Virus record (IMG/VR): IMGVR_UViG_3300008255_000105
Length of the DNA stretch: 46,908 nucleotides
Reading direction: 5' to 3' (one strand)
From: a virus
Lineage: Duplodnaviria; Heunggongvirae; Uroviricota; Caudoviricetes
Made by a program: the position numbers and the translations under genes. Under the pieces are notes generated by a model. The model did not search any database and was not told the origin of the DNA. It was given only the letters and a program-made list of their open reading frames with translations. Below are positions 1-8,900 of this stretch, in pieces (positions within the stretch are counted from its first letter, which is position 1; every line of letters begins with the position of its first letter).

Positions 1-167
1 CAACACCAGGGGAAATTGAAACATTTGGACCAGAATTAGCCGACGCCCCAGCAATAGATCCAAATGATCCTTTTAAACGAAAATCATCTTCATCTTTTTC
101 AGACAATGATTTAGTTATTTTCAAAGTTGGCGAAAGAATTGATTATGCTCCTGGGTATTTGTTCAAA

Positions 168-824
168 TCATTTAACTTTTCTTAGAATTGAATAGTCAAC
201 CATTCCAAGCCCATCAAAATGAAGTGCTTGACTTGCGGCTGGATTTAGATCCCAAATTCTTTCTCCGATGTATGGGCCTCTATCTGTGATCCTTGCGATT
301 ACTCCATGGCCGTGATATCTAAATTTAACGAAAGTTCCTAATTCATGATATTTATGTGCAACAGTTGGGATTCTGTTTTTGTAGCTTGAAAATTTATGCC
401 AATTTGTGTGCCCCATCCAACTGAAATGATACAATTTTCTTCTTGAATCAACCCAACGATTTAGATTAAAATCCCAATAACCATTGCTGTTTCTTCCGTT
501 CGCCCAAGCCGTTAGTGCTCCTGTTGAATATTCAGAAGTTAATCCACTTTTCCATTCAGTCTCAACATAATGATGACCAGCTAAAACAATAGAGTTTGTT
601 TTTGGATGTTCTTTGGGCTTCGGGGCGGGGGCAGGGACAGGGAGCGTGGTTATTGGGTTTGATCGAATTGATTTTGATTGATTTGGTTCTAATTCAAAGG
701 TTAAGATGTCACAATTAGAGACAGACTTAATTGGCGGCGGAAAAGTAAGATGTGGATTTTGTGTGTTTTCAGTTGGGATTGGACCAACAAAAATCAAAAA
801 TAATATTGTGTTAAAAACCATCAT
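168..824 (-). CDS. RlpA-like double-psi beta-barrel lytic transglycosylase with hydrophobic N-terminus and Pro-rich linker
   Basis: C-terminal ARITDRGPYIGERIWDLNPAASQAL matches the RlpA DPBB pattern (V.I.DRGP....R.IDLS..AA..L). Confidence 0.8.
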   Translation of the reverse strand: MMVFNTILFLIFVGPIPTENTQNPHLTFPPPIKSVSNCDILTFELEPNQSKSIRSNPITTLPVPAPAPKPKEHPKTNSIVLAGHHYVETEWKSGLTSEYSTGALTAWANGRNSNGYWDFNLNRWVDSRRKLYHFSWMGHTNWHKFSSYKNRIPTVAHKYHELGTFVKFRYHGHGVIARITDRGPYIGERIWDLNPAASQALHFDGLGMVDYSILRKVK

Positions 825-882
825 AGGTCAGCCCTCCTTCGGCTTCTTCGCCCCCACGGGACGCAACGAGACGCCACGGGAC

Positions 883-911
883 ACTCTAACAGCCCCCGGA
901 GGATCTGTCAA
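883..911 (-). promoter_or_regulatory. sigma70-type promoter for the RlpA-like gene
   Basis: TTGACA (911-906), 17 bp, TAGAGT (888-883). Confidence 0.75.
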
Positions 912-926
912 GCGGTCACAAAACAA

Positions 927-1189
927 CTAAAAATCTAATTCATTAAATAAAATCTTTTCTTCTAATTCTGGAGTTTCTTTTCCATTAATGTCCCATTTTT
1001 TAATCCTCGGGGGTATTCAATTGCTGGCCCATCTTCTCTGTAACGTTTCTCTTCGAAGAACCATTCTTTTGTCCCGCTTATCCATTCAATTGCTGGCCCA
1101 TCTTCTCGATGAAACTTGACATCGAGAATCCAAACTGTTGCACAACCTTTTAGGGCTATGCAAGTCGGTTGTTCTTTTTTGTCACTCAT
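927..1189 (-). pseudogene. Short HRxDGPA-repeat protein, frameshifted near its 3' end
   Basis: Two repeat units (HREDGPA, YREDGPA). Frame 0 stops at 962, but the -1 frame after an A6 run continues WDINGKETPELEEKILFNELDF to TAG at 927, resembling the paralogues' C-termini. Confidence 0.6.
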
Positions 1190-1221
1190 CTGTGGCTTCC
1201 TTCGAAGAAATCAGTCAAAGA

Positions 1222-1866
1222 TCAAAGAATAAAAAAATCTTCTTTTAGTTCTTTTGGTTGTAATTTTTTGATTCGTCGGTTAAATTCTGATTCTGACAAC
1301 GACTTCCCATTGACCCACCATTCTTTTAAGCCATCAGCTTCTTCAATGGCTGGACCATTAAGGCGATGGCGTTGACCGTTGACCCACCAAGATTTTGACC
1401 CATCAGGCCATTCTCTTGCTGGCCCGTCTTCTCTGTGACGTTTCCCTTCGAAGAACCATTCTTTTGTTCCGTTGGCATTTTCAACGGCTGGCCCATCTGT
1501 TCGATGAAGTTGACCGTTGACCCACCAAGATTTTAAACCATCAGCCCATTCAATTGCTGGGCCATCAAGGCGATGGCGTTGGTCGTTTTGGAACCAAAAT
1601 TTTGTTCCGTCCAACCTTTCAATAGCTGGCCCGTCAAGGCGATGGCGTTTACCGTTGACCCACCATTGTTTTGACCCATCAGCTTTTTCAACGGCTGGCC
1701 CATCTTCTCGATGAAGTTTACCATTTTGGAGCCAAAATTTTGTCCCATCATCTTTTTCAACGGCTGGCCCATCTTCTCTGTGAAGTTGACCGTTAAACCG
1801 CCATTCTTTTGAGCCGTCGTCATCTACATAAGCAACAGGAATTGGATCAACCAATTTATTCTCCAT
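1222..1866 (-). CDS. HRxDGPA 23-aa tandem-repeat protein (7 units)
   Basis: Repeats of LHR(E/L)DGPA(V/I)ExxDGxKxWxxNG. Confidence 0.85.
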   Translation of the reverse strand: MENKLVDPIPVAYVDDDGSKEWRFNGQLHREDGPAVEKDDGTKFWLQNGKLHREDGPAVEKADGSKQWWVNGKRHRLDGPAIERLDGTKFWFQNDQRHRLDGPAIEWADGLKSWWVNGQLHRTDGPAVENANGTKEWFFEGKRHREDGPAREWPDGSKSWWVNGQRHRLNGPAIEEADGLKEWWVNGKSLSESEFNRRIKKLQPKELKEDFFIL

Positions 1867-2413
1867 TTAAAAGATAAAGCCCATGAATACTTATATATTC
1901 TTCAACATTTCTATCTAGCTCATGTGTTTTAAATCCTTTTGATATTTTCTCTCTGATACCTGTCGAAGAAATTGTATTTCTTGGGGAAACAACAATTTTC
2001 AAAAGATTCATTAGCTCTTTATAGGAAACCCAAGTTTTAAAATTTTCCAACTGGTCTGAACCCATCAAAAAGAATATTTTTGCATTTGGATTTATTTCTT
2101 TTATTTTTTGGATAGATGAAATTGTAAAATTGGGTTTTGGAAGAAAATCCTCTAAATCAGATACAAAAATCCCTTCTGTTTTCTGAATAGCAATTTGGCA
2201 CATTTTTAATCTATGCTCAAAAGATGCCATACCTTGATAACTCTTTTGAGGATTTTCAGCAGAAGGCATAATAAAAACTCTTTGAATTTTTAAATCATTT
2301 AATGCTGAAAGAGCAACACCTAAATGTTCAACATGAATCGGGTCAAAATTTCCACCAAAAATAGCAAAAGAATCTAGACCAATAAACTCTGCCCCGGCTT
2401 CTTTTGTTTGCAC
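1856..2413 (-). CDS. nadD: Nicotinate/nicotinamide mononucleotide adenylyltransferase (NadD-like)
   Basis: GGNFDPIHVEH (HxGH-type motif), FLMGSDQ, ISSTGIRE; GTG start with GGAG upstream. Confidence 0.85.
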   Translation of the reverse strand: MQTKEAGAEFIGLDSFAIFGGNFDPIHVEHLGVALSALNDLKIQRVFIMPSAENPQKSYQGMASFEHRLKMCQIAIQKTEGIFVSDLEDFLPKPNFTISSIQKIKEINPNAKIFFLMGSDQLENFKTWVSYKELMNLLKIVVSPRNTISSTGIREKISKGFKTHELDRNVEEYISIHGLYLLNGE

Positions 2414-2514
2414 CCGTCTCCATCCTTCACGTCATCAGGCACACTTATGTTAGCAGTCCTCAAACCTATTCTGCCCCAGATGCCGCATCCGTGGCAGGTG
2501 GAAACAAAAACTAA

Positions 2515-3561
2515 CTAGATCCAATCTTCTTGCAGAATCTTCTCTATCAATTTATAAGCATCTTTAAAATCAATTCTTTTTCTTGAATAACTTTTTGTAG
2601 ATTCCCTAAAATTTGTTAAAAAAATTGAATTATATTTTTCTCTAAAAAATTCAATTATTTCATTAAATTTTTGACAAAGAGATTCTTGTTGTTTAATTGT
2701 TAAATCTTTATTTAAGATGATGTTTGCAAAAGTTCTATCTGTTTTTTTAAGATATCTTTTATTTTCTGAAAGAAACAATCCTATTCTACCATTTTGGCTT
2801 CCAGTGTCAATTGCTCTTAAAACAATCTTTGAATTAATCTCCTGTTCTGTTTTAGCTCTTCTGACTCTAAATATTGGTTCAACATCTATCATTTGATAAA
2901 AATCATTAGCTATCTGATAATTATCAGATAGTGTTAAATTAATTTCTTTGATTAATCCTTTTGGTTTAAATTCAAAATTTATAGTTTGATTTGAACAGTC
3001 AAATTTTTCATTCTTTTGAAAAAGGATAACACAGATTGTGTAACCTGTGTCGTCAAAAACTTGCTCTTCAAAAACTCTAACTTTTAAAACTTTAAAATTT
3101 GAAATAAATCCAATTCTAGATTGTGGGTTTTTTGTACTAGAAAAGAAGTTCAATGGAAGAATTATCAATCCACTAGATGGATCGTTTCTGATAATTGAAA
3201 GAAGTGCAGATTTGTATAAATCGTCTGTTTGATAAAGTTCAAATGGTAATTTTGATTCATAGTTTTTTTCAGTTTTATTTTTTCCTAGAAATGGTACATT
3301 TGTCAAAATGTGTTGATTAGAATAATTAGGTGGATTGAGGATGCTATCTCTTAATTCTGTTTGTTCATTTCTTGGATCAAGATCATATCCTTTAACTTTT
3401 TTGTTTCCTTTAACCAAATTTAGAAGATCCCAATTCCCAGCAAAAGGATCAACAACAATCCCGTCTTCTGGGACAAGATCTAAAAAATCTTCCAACAATC
3501 CATCTCCAAATATTTTTTCTGCATTTGTTGTAAAAAATTGTCCAAGGTTTTTCTTTTTCAT
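2515..3561 (-). CDS. Orphan N6-adenine-type DNA methyltransferase
   Basis: Motif I-like DPFAGNWDL, motif IV-like ILTNVPF, GLIILPLNFF; no adjacent endonuclease recognised. Confidence 0.75.
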   Translation of the reverse strand: MKKKNLGQFFTTNAEKIFGDGLLEDFLDLVPEDGIVVDPFAGNWDLLNLVKGNKKVKGYDLDPRNEQTELRDSILNPPNYSNQHILTNVPFLGKNKTEKNYESKLPFELYQTDDLYKSALLSIIRNDPSSGLIILPLNFFSSTKNPQSRIGFISNFKVLKVRVFEEQVFDDTGYTICVILFQKNEKFDCSNQTINFEFKPKGLIKEINLTLSDNYQIANDFYQMIDVEPIFRVRRAKTEQEINSKIVLRAIDTGSQNGRIGLFLSENKRYLKKTDRTFANIILNKDLTIKQQESLCQKFNEIIEFFREKYNSIFLTNFRESTKSYSRKRIDFKDAYKLIEKILQEDWI

Positions 3562-3575
3562 TTATCTATCCAAAG

Positions 3576-3605
3576 TTATGCCCCGAAAAGATTTTCGGGG
3601 CATAA
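3576..3605. terminator. Hairpin terminator
   Basis: TTATGCCCCGAAAA-GA-TTTTCGGGGCATAA near-perfect inverted repeat between genes. Confidence 0.7.
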
Positions 3606-3629
3606 CTCTTTTTACAGGTCACTTCTTTT

Positions 3630-4340
3630 TCAATTAACTGGAGGCGGGACAGGGTTAGAAGTGACCACAGGCTGTAAAGGGCGGGGATCCCGCCTTTCGC
3701 TTGCTACCAATCTAACAGAAATAACAGTTGTAAACTGTTCATCATAATTAAGATGAGAGACATTGTAAAAACTCTGATTACTTTGTCCAGAAAGTCCAGT
3801 CCCACCTGCTGAACGACTTATTGTTTCAGAGTTTTCACCAATAAGACCTCTTGAAGAGCATGAATATTCACAGCTTGTATAATCAAGAGTATCAGTGTTG
3901 CTATTTGTGCTTAAATCATTTAATGACGCTGCACTCCCCCAACTTGGCCTATGATAATTAGGAGTCCAAGTAGAAGTGTAAATCCAAGTTGTTGGTATTT
4001 GAGAATTAACTTGAATTTCTGGTTTAAATGTCACTTGGACAAGACCAAGTTCCTGTTTCCCAATTCTGTTTAACTCTGATTTTTCACCCTCTTCGCTATC
4101 AAGCTTATAAAAAGTGAATTTTCTATCATCGTTAGATGGTCTTTCAAGTCTAATTGAACTATTAGGACTTATCCTAAATGTTCCGACATCTTTCCCATCA
4201 ATTGAGACTTGAGCATCACATCTCACAGGGCGATCATTTCTCAAGTTTAGGGTGTAGTGTTTGCCATGCTCTAATTCAACATAGCCAGATTCTTTTTCAC
4301 GACCTTCGTTGATTCGAAGGCTGAAACTATTTAAGTACAT
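3630..4340 (-). CDS. Hypothetical protein (ORF track starts 4376; ATG 4340 has AGGAG RBS)
   Basis: Long ORF with beta-rich N-terminal half and Ser/Thr-rich linker. Confidence 0.7.
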   Translation of the reverse strand: MYLNSFSLRINEGREKESGYVELEHGKHYTLNLRNDRPVRCDAQVSIDGKDVGTFRISPNSSIRLERPSNDDRKFTFYKLDSEEGEKSELNRIGKQELGLVQVTFKPEIQVNSQIPTTWIYTSTWTPNYHRPSWGSAASLNDLSTNSNTDTLDYTSCEYSCSSRGLIGENSETISRSAGGTGLSGQSNQSFYNVSHLNYDEQFTTVISVRLVASERRDPRPLQPVVTSNPVPPPVN

Positions 4341-4462
4341 TTTATTTCTCCTTTTGCAAGTTATGAGAATTTTCATATTGCAAGTTCGGATATTTTGACA
4401 TGCTCGCTTTTTAAGAAAAGTTGCTTCTGCAAAACTGCAAAGGCTTGTCTTGCCTTGTTTTA

Positions 4463-4468
4463 ATTATA
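4463..4468 (-). promoter_or_regulatory. -10 box
   Basis: TATAAT in the intergenic gap upstream of the 4340 gene. Confidence 0.45.
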
Positions 4469-4487
4469 TAACAATTTTCAACAAAAA

Positions 4488-4856
4488 TCAAAGTTTTTTA
4501 GTAGAACTGTAAAAACGATTTGATGATTTCCAAGATTCTTTCCAATCCCATTTATCTTCAATCCAACATCTATAATTATTTTGAGTTAAAACAACAGATT
4601 CTTGTTTTGTTATTTCAAGCATTGAAATAATAGTATCATACTCTTCTAGATGATTAGTTGGTGGATTCAAATCTAAATGACGATTGGGGATATTCCCAGA
4701 TTGGATCCCCTCAAGAGTTTCAGTTATCTTTTTTTCAACTAAAACACGCCAAGCTAAAACAGCTTCTTCATATTCTTTTTTATGAACTTCTCTGTTCCTT
4801 TTTAGCTTCAAACACAAAGTTGTTGTCTCAACAGAAATCTCAAAATTATCATTCAT
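4488..4856 (-). CDS. Hypothetical protein
   Basis: 122-aa ORF co-oriented with neighbours. Confidence 0.7.
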   Translation of the reverse strand: MNDNFEISVETTTLCLKLKRNREVHKKEYEEAVLAWRVLVEKKITETLEGIQSGNIPNRHLDLNPPTNHLEEYDTIISMLEITKQESVVLTQNNYRCWIEDKWDWKESWKSSNRFYSSTKKL

Positions 4857-5128
4857 AATAATTCTTTCCTTTTTTATTTATTCAAAATCATGAAGAACAC
4901 AAGATGTTTGTTTATCTGATTTCTCAACAATAACACTTTCAGCTTCTTCTACTCTTAAACTCATTGTTTTTCTCAATAACTATTTCAATCTACTTCTACT
5001 ATTAAACTCTATGAATTGATAGATCATAAATTTGGATTTGCCCATCATTTTAAATTAACTATAAATCAAATTCATAATCCTCAAAAGAAATACCTTGACC
5101 TGCAATCATTTTTACTTTTAACATTTTA

Positions 5129-5527
5129 TTACTCTTCTCCTTTTCCATTGTCATTGTCGTCTTCTGGCCCCGACTCTGACTTTTTATTATTTAATCTTTC
5201 TTTTATTTTATTCATTGGTATTTTATCTAAAATATCTATATTCCCAATTGGGAACATTTCATTTTCATCTAAATCGTTTTCATCTAAATCTTCAAATTCT
5301 TCTCCAAGCATTTTATCATGGATATTATCAACTGCATTATAAATATTTTGTTCCACAAAAGTGCAAACATCTTCTATTTTTAATGATTGAAGAATATTTA
5401 TTGAAATATGATTTATGTTGGATGAAATACAGTCAATAAGTATAGATTCTATTGTATTTCCACTGGCAGCACTCAAAGTTGAAATAACGGACGAAATGTG
5501 TTCTGGAAGTTCTATTTCTATTTTCAT
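5129..5527 (-). CDS. Hypothetical acidic protein
   Basis: 132-aa ORF with RBS-like purine tract. Confidence 0.65.
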   Translation of the reverse strand: MKIEIELPEHISSVISTLSAASGNTIESILIDCISSNINHISINILQSLKIEDVCTFVEQNIYNAVDNIHDKMLGEEFEDLDENDLDENEMFPIGNIDILDKIPMNKIKERLNNKKSESGPEDDNDNGKGEE

Positions 5528-5565
5528 AAATATTCTTCTTTAAAAAACAAAGATTTAATTCACAG

Positions 5566-5597
5566 GGCCGCCCTGGTATTTTAACTCCAGGGCGGCC
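5566..5597. terminator. GC-rich hairpin terminator
   Basis: GGCCGCCCTGG-N10-CCAGGGCGGCC, 11-bp perfect stem downstream of the 5622 stop. Confidence 0.7.
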
Positions 5598-5621
5598 AAA
5601 GGAGAAACAACAGAAATCAAT

Positions 5622-6068
5622 TTAAACAGATGTTCTTCGTTGCTTTTTAAGAACATCAAGTTGCCGACGAAGAGCACATGTGACTGTGTAATCCGTTGAA
5701 CTATTGATTTCGTTAATCAATTCATTAATTCTAACATTCAAATTAGAGACTGAATGATTCTGGACGAATGGAACGAAACCAAGTTGCCCAGAAACTTCTG
5801 CTTGAGATAGAGCCGGTGAAACAGAGGAGACGGGTTCAGAAAGTTCAGAAAGTTCAGAAATATATTCCAAATCTTCCTCTATGACTTCTACCTGAGAAAC
5901 AACATCGTCTAAATCACAAGCAATGTTGCTAACCTCTGTACCAATTTCTTCAAGTTTAGAAACAATCTCGTCAACCCCTATCATCTTCTCGTAAACATCT
6001 TCCCGTAATTCACGAATTGAATCAAGAGATTCTTTCAACACCGATTTTAGTTTTTCTAGCTTTCCCAT
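5622..6068 (-). CDS. Hypothetical coiled-coil protein
   Basis: Heptad-rich acidic N-terminal half; AAGGAG RBS. Confidence 0.7.
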   Translation of the reverse strand: MGKLEKLKSVLKESLDSIRELREDVYEKMIGVDEIVSKLEEIGTEVSNIACDLDDVVSQVEVIEEDLEYISELSELSEPVSSVSPALSQAEVSGQLGFVPFVQNHSVSNLNVRINELINEINSSTDYTVTCALRRQLDVLKKQRRTSV

Positions 6069-6198
6069 TTTAGCTGCTCCTTGTTTAGCAATTTAAACCG
6101 CATCAGGCATCTCAGGCCATGCGTAACTCAACACTTCAAGTATACTCCAACACCAGACTCCTAATATATGGATTTAATTATCTTATTGATCAATCAAA

Positions 6199-6648
6199 TT
6201 AAGCAGTTTTGATTTCTTTCATTTTAATGTCTATAATTATTTCATTTAACATTTTGTTTAAATTTTCTATTGTTTTATCTAAAGAAAAAGAATTTCTATC
6301 TTTAAATTTATTTTTTTCGTAAAAACAAAAATCATGACCATTTAAGAATTTATGTTCTTTTCCATTAACAACGATATCAATTGCTGGATAATACTCAAGT
6401 CCAATTTGTCTATATTCTTGTTCGTTTAAATAATTTAAAAACAAAACTAGATTATTTATTTCTGGAAAAATTCCATTAAAATCTTTAACAAAACTTTCAA
6501 TTTTTTCTTTTAATAATCTACTTGGTGGCCAGTCGTGTTTGTTGAAATAAATCAAAGTCACACCTTCGAAATTTTTTATGAAATTTTCATAAGTAACTGG
6601 GTAAAAATGATAAAACTCACTCACATTTAAAAGGTTTTCTTCTGACAT
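6199..6648 (-). CDS. Thioredoxin-fold-like protein lacking CxxC
   Basis: TLIYFNKHDWPPSRLL aligns with Trx vxF.a.WC.PC; YYPAIDIVVNG matches the cis-Pro strand. Confidence 0.4.
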   Translation of the reverse strand: MSEENLLNVSEFYHFYPVTYENFIKNFEGVTLIYFNKHDWPPSRLLKEKIESFVKDFNGIFPEINNLVLFLNYLNEQEYRQIGLEYYPAIDIVVNGKEHKFLNGHDFCFYEKNKFKDRNSFSLDKTIENLNKMLNEIIIDIKMKEIKTA

Positions 6649-6687
6649 TCTCTTCTCCTGAACTCCTTGGACTGCTGATCAAAAAAT

Positions 6688-7062
6688 CTAAAAATCTAAT
6701 TGATCGAATTCATAAATTTCATTCTCATTTTTACTATTAAAAGATTTTAATAAACTAATAGATCTAAAAAGTATTAATTTTAAAACTTCTTCATCTAAAT
6801 TTAAACTATTTATTACTTCTTGCGCTTTTTTATTTTTGAATTCTTCAAATAATTCAGATAAAGACATTTTATTTGCTGTTTCAATAATAACTTGTCTTAA
6901 AACAGTTTTGTTTGCTTCAATTTTTAAAAAAATATTTAGAAACAAATGAAGCTCTTCTTTTGAAATATCCCCACAAATAAAAGAATCAATAGAGGCAAAA
7001 AACAGATCTGAGTTTTCTTCTTTTAAATTAATGAACTTGTCAAAAACATCTTTCTTGTCCAT
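6688..7062 (-). CDS. Hypothetical protein
   Basis: ORF; ATG 7062 preferred because the track start overlaps tRNA-Asp. Confidence 0.65.
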   Translation of the reverse strand: MDKKDVFDKFINLKEENSDLFFASIDSFICGDISKEELHLFLNIFLKIEANKTVLRQVIIETANKMSLSELFEEFKNKKAQEVINSLNLDEEVLKLILFRSISLLKSFNSKNENEIYEFDQLDF

Positions 7063-7085
7063 TGTTCTCTTTTCTTTCCACAAAA

Positions 7086-7157
7086 CGCCCATAGGGGGAA
7101 TTGAACCCCTCCATTATAGCTCGACAGGCTATCGTGTCACCACAACACTTTATGGGC
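7086..7157 (-). tRNA. tRNA-Asp(GTC)
   Basis: Acceptor GCCCATA/TATGGGC, anticodon arm ATAGC-CT GTC GA-GCTAT, T loop TTCAATT; no encoded CCA. Confidence 0.9.
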
Positions 7158-7164
7158 AATCACT

Positions 7165-7599
7165 TCATTTTAATAGGAAAAAAACAATTGGTTTAGATTT
7201 TTGTTTTAATTTTATATATTCAGGATTAGTTTTTTCTATTTTTTGTAAAATTTTAGAAGTAATTTTCTGATTATCAATTGTGCCCCACAAAAATAATTTA
7301 AAAATAAAAATTGATAACAACATTAGCAAAAATAATGGCCAAAAAACAATACATGCAAAAACCAACGGCCATTCTTTAAAAACATCAAAGCTATTTTTTT
7401 CAGAAACATAGACAATATTTCTTTTCAAACCTTCTTCATTAACAATCCCTTCCTCCTTGAAGTTAATTGCATATTCTTTAAAGATAGAATTAAATTCATA
7501 GATATTTTTAATTTTCAAAATAATGATTAATATCAGAAAAATAGCAGCAGCAACATAAATCCATATTTTAGCAATTAAATTTATTTCTTCGATAGTCAT
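7165..7599 (-). CDS. Hypothetical membrane protein (2 TM segments)
   Basis: ATG 7599 (MTIEEINL); hydrophobic stretches. The track's extension to 7785 overlaps tRNAs. Confidence 0.65.
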   Translation of the reverse strand: MTIEEINLIAKIWIYVAAAIFLILIIILKIKNIYEFNSIFKEYAINFKEEGIVNEEGLKRNIVYVSEKNSFDVFKEWPLVFACIVFWPLFLLMLLSIFIFKLFLWGTIDNQKITSKILQKIEKTNPEYIKLKQKSKPIVFFLLK

Positions 7600-7648
7600 T
7601 GAACAATTCGTTTTTTTGTGTTCATGCTTTTCTTTTTCATTCAAGTTA

Positions 7649-7739
7649 CGGAAGGCGAGGGAATCGAACCCCCAGCCCGCTTTTGACGAGCAACCGATTT
7701 CCAATCGATCACGGCTCGGCCAATCTCCGTCGGCCTTCC
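7649..7739 (-). tRNA. tRNA-Ser(GGA)
   Basis: GGAAGGC/GCCTTCC acceptor, ATCGA-TT GGA AA-TCGGT, long variable arm, G73. Confidence 0.9.
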
Positions 7740-7751
7740 TTGTTTTCTCCA

Positions 7752-7825
7752 CAGGCCCGACAGGAATTGAACCTGCACCTAACAATTTTGGAGACTGTCG
7801 CTCTAGCCAATTAAGCTACGGGCCT
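7752..7825 (-). tRNA. tRNA-Trp(CCA)
   Basis: AGGCCCG/CGGGCCT acceptor, ACAGT-CT CCA AA-ATTGT. Confidence 0.92.
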
Positions 7826-7863
7826 AAATTTCGTCAAATATCTTTAAATTTCTCATTAGATGC

Positions 7864-8196
7864 TTATCGCCGGAATCTATCCAACTGTTCGTGAAGCATC
7901 ACAACAGCCGCCTTCAAACTTTCTGGAATATCTATTTTCACTTGATGATGAGTTTTTCTACGAGTTACTTCTATGTCAGCAGGCCAATCTGTTGGATCAT
8001 CAAGATCGTAACCATATTTTCTAGCCGCTCCTGTGATTTCATTAAGAAAAAGATTAACACATCTCTCTTTAACTTTTTTATCTAATCTTTCAAAAACGTC
8101 TAACAGACAATCAAGCCCCCTGCTCATTTTTTCGCCCTTTTCTTCAAGTAACTTTTCAGCAGAAGCCCTAATTTGCGAACTGGACTCTAAACTCAT
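7864..8196 (-). CDS. Hypothetical protein
   Basis: 110-aa ORF between tRNA genes. Confidence 0.65.
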   Translation of the reverse strand: MSLESSSQIRASAEKLLEEKGEKMSRGLDCLLDVFERLDKKVKERCVNLFLNEITGAARKYGYDLDDPTDWPADIEVTRRKTHHQVKIDIPESLKAAVVMLHEQLDRFRR

Positions 8197-8230
8197 AGTT
8201 CTATCTCTATCATTTATTCATTTCAAGTCA

Positions 8231-8304
8231 AGCGGAAGACGGGGATCGAACCCGCAACCCTCAGATTGGAAATCTGATTCTCTACCAAATTGAGATACTT
8301 CCGC
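8231..8304 (-). tRNA. tRNA-Gly(TCC)
   Basis: GCGGAAG/CTTCCGC acceptor, TCAGA-TT TCC AA-TCTGA, U73. Confidence 0.93.
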
Positions 8305-8312
8305 TTTTAAAA

Positions 8313-8435
8313 TTTGCGAGAATTATCGAAAACTGGGTTTTTGGTTTCTACTGGAATCGAACCAGTAACATATTGATTAATAGTCAATTGATCTACCTTT
8401 GATCTAAGAAGTAACAGTTTTCTCGACTACGCAAA
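8313..8435 (-). ncRNA. Scaffold-family element copy A, enclosing a tRNA-like body
   Basis: TTTGCG/CGCAAA terminal stem, GAAAACTG/CAGTTTTC inner stem, GTAGTC-N11-TACTTC. Confidence 0.6.
8342..8413 (-). tRNA. Degenerate tRNA-Asn(ATT)-like element
   Basis: Intact D arm, anticodon arm ATTGA-CT ATT AA-TCAAT and T arm ACTGG-TTCGATT-CCAGT; outer 3 acceptor pairs mismatched (TACTTCT/AGAAACC). Confidence 0.6.
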
Positions 8436-8451
8436 ATCTTTTCAATAAATT

Positions 8452-8718
8452 CTATTTATCTTCTTTGGGGAAAATTCCCTTCATCATTTTTTTAAAATTT
8501 TCAATACAAGAGCCATCTACCATAAAATCATACGCATAATTTTGAGTGTAATCACATTTTGAACAAATCCATCCATCTTTTGTTGGAATTAATTTTTCTC
8601 TGCAAACACAAGTAAATGGATGCATTGGTTCAAATTCTTGAAACTCTTTTAAATTTTGGACCTGTTCATCAGTCCAAGGAGCAAAAACATCTTTCATTGT
8701 TTTAATTCCAGGTTCCAC
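8452..8718 (-). CDS. Small putative Zn-binding protein (alternative ATG at 8697)
   Basis: HPFTCVC...WICSKC Cys/His pattern. Confidence 0.65.
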   Translation of the reverse strand: MEPGIKTMKDVFAPWTDEQVQNLKEFQEFEPMHPFTCVCREKLIPTKDGWICSKCDYTQNYAYDFMVDGSCIENFKKMMKGIFPKEDK

Positions 8719-8825
8719 AAACTTAGTAAAACTTACCGAGTTTATATCAGGTCTCCCAAGGGATTCCCTTGCCCGAGAAAACCTAGTAACTCGGGACTTG
8801 GCAACGCCGAAGACGGCGTTGCCAA
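8715..8825 (-). ncRNA. Candidate structured RNA: three tandem hairpins plus 20-nt anti-motif tail
   Basis: 12-bp stem 8798-8825, CCCGAG/CTCGGG 8772-8795, CAAGGG/CCCTTG 8757-8771. Confidence 0.5.
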
Positions 8826-8900
8826 CTTAAAACCTCTTCATCTGTCATTAGAAAATCTTTTCCAATTACCATATTGATTACCTTTTAATTCAATTTCGAT

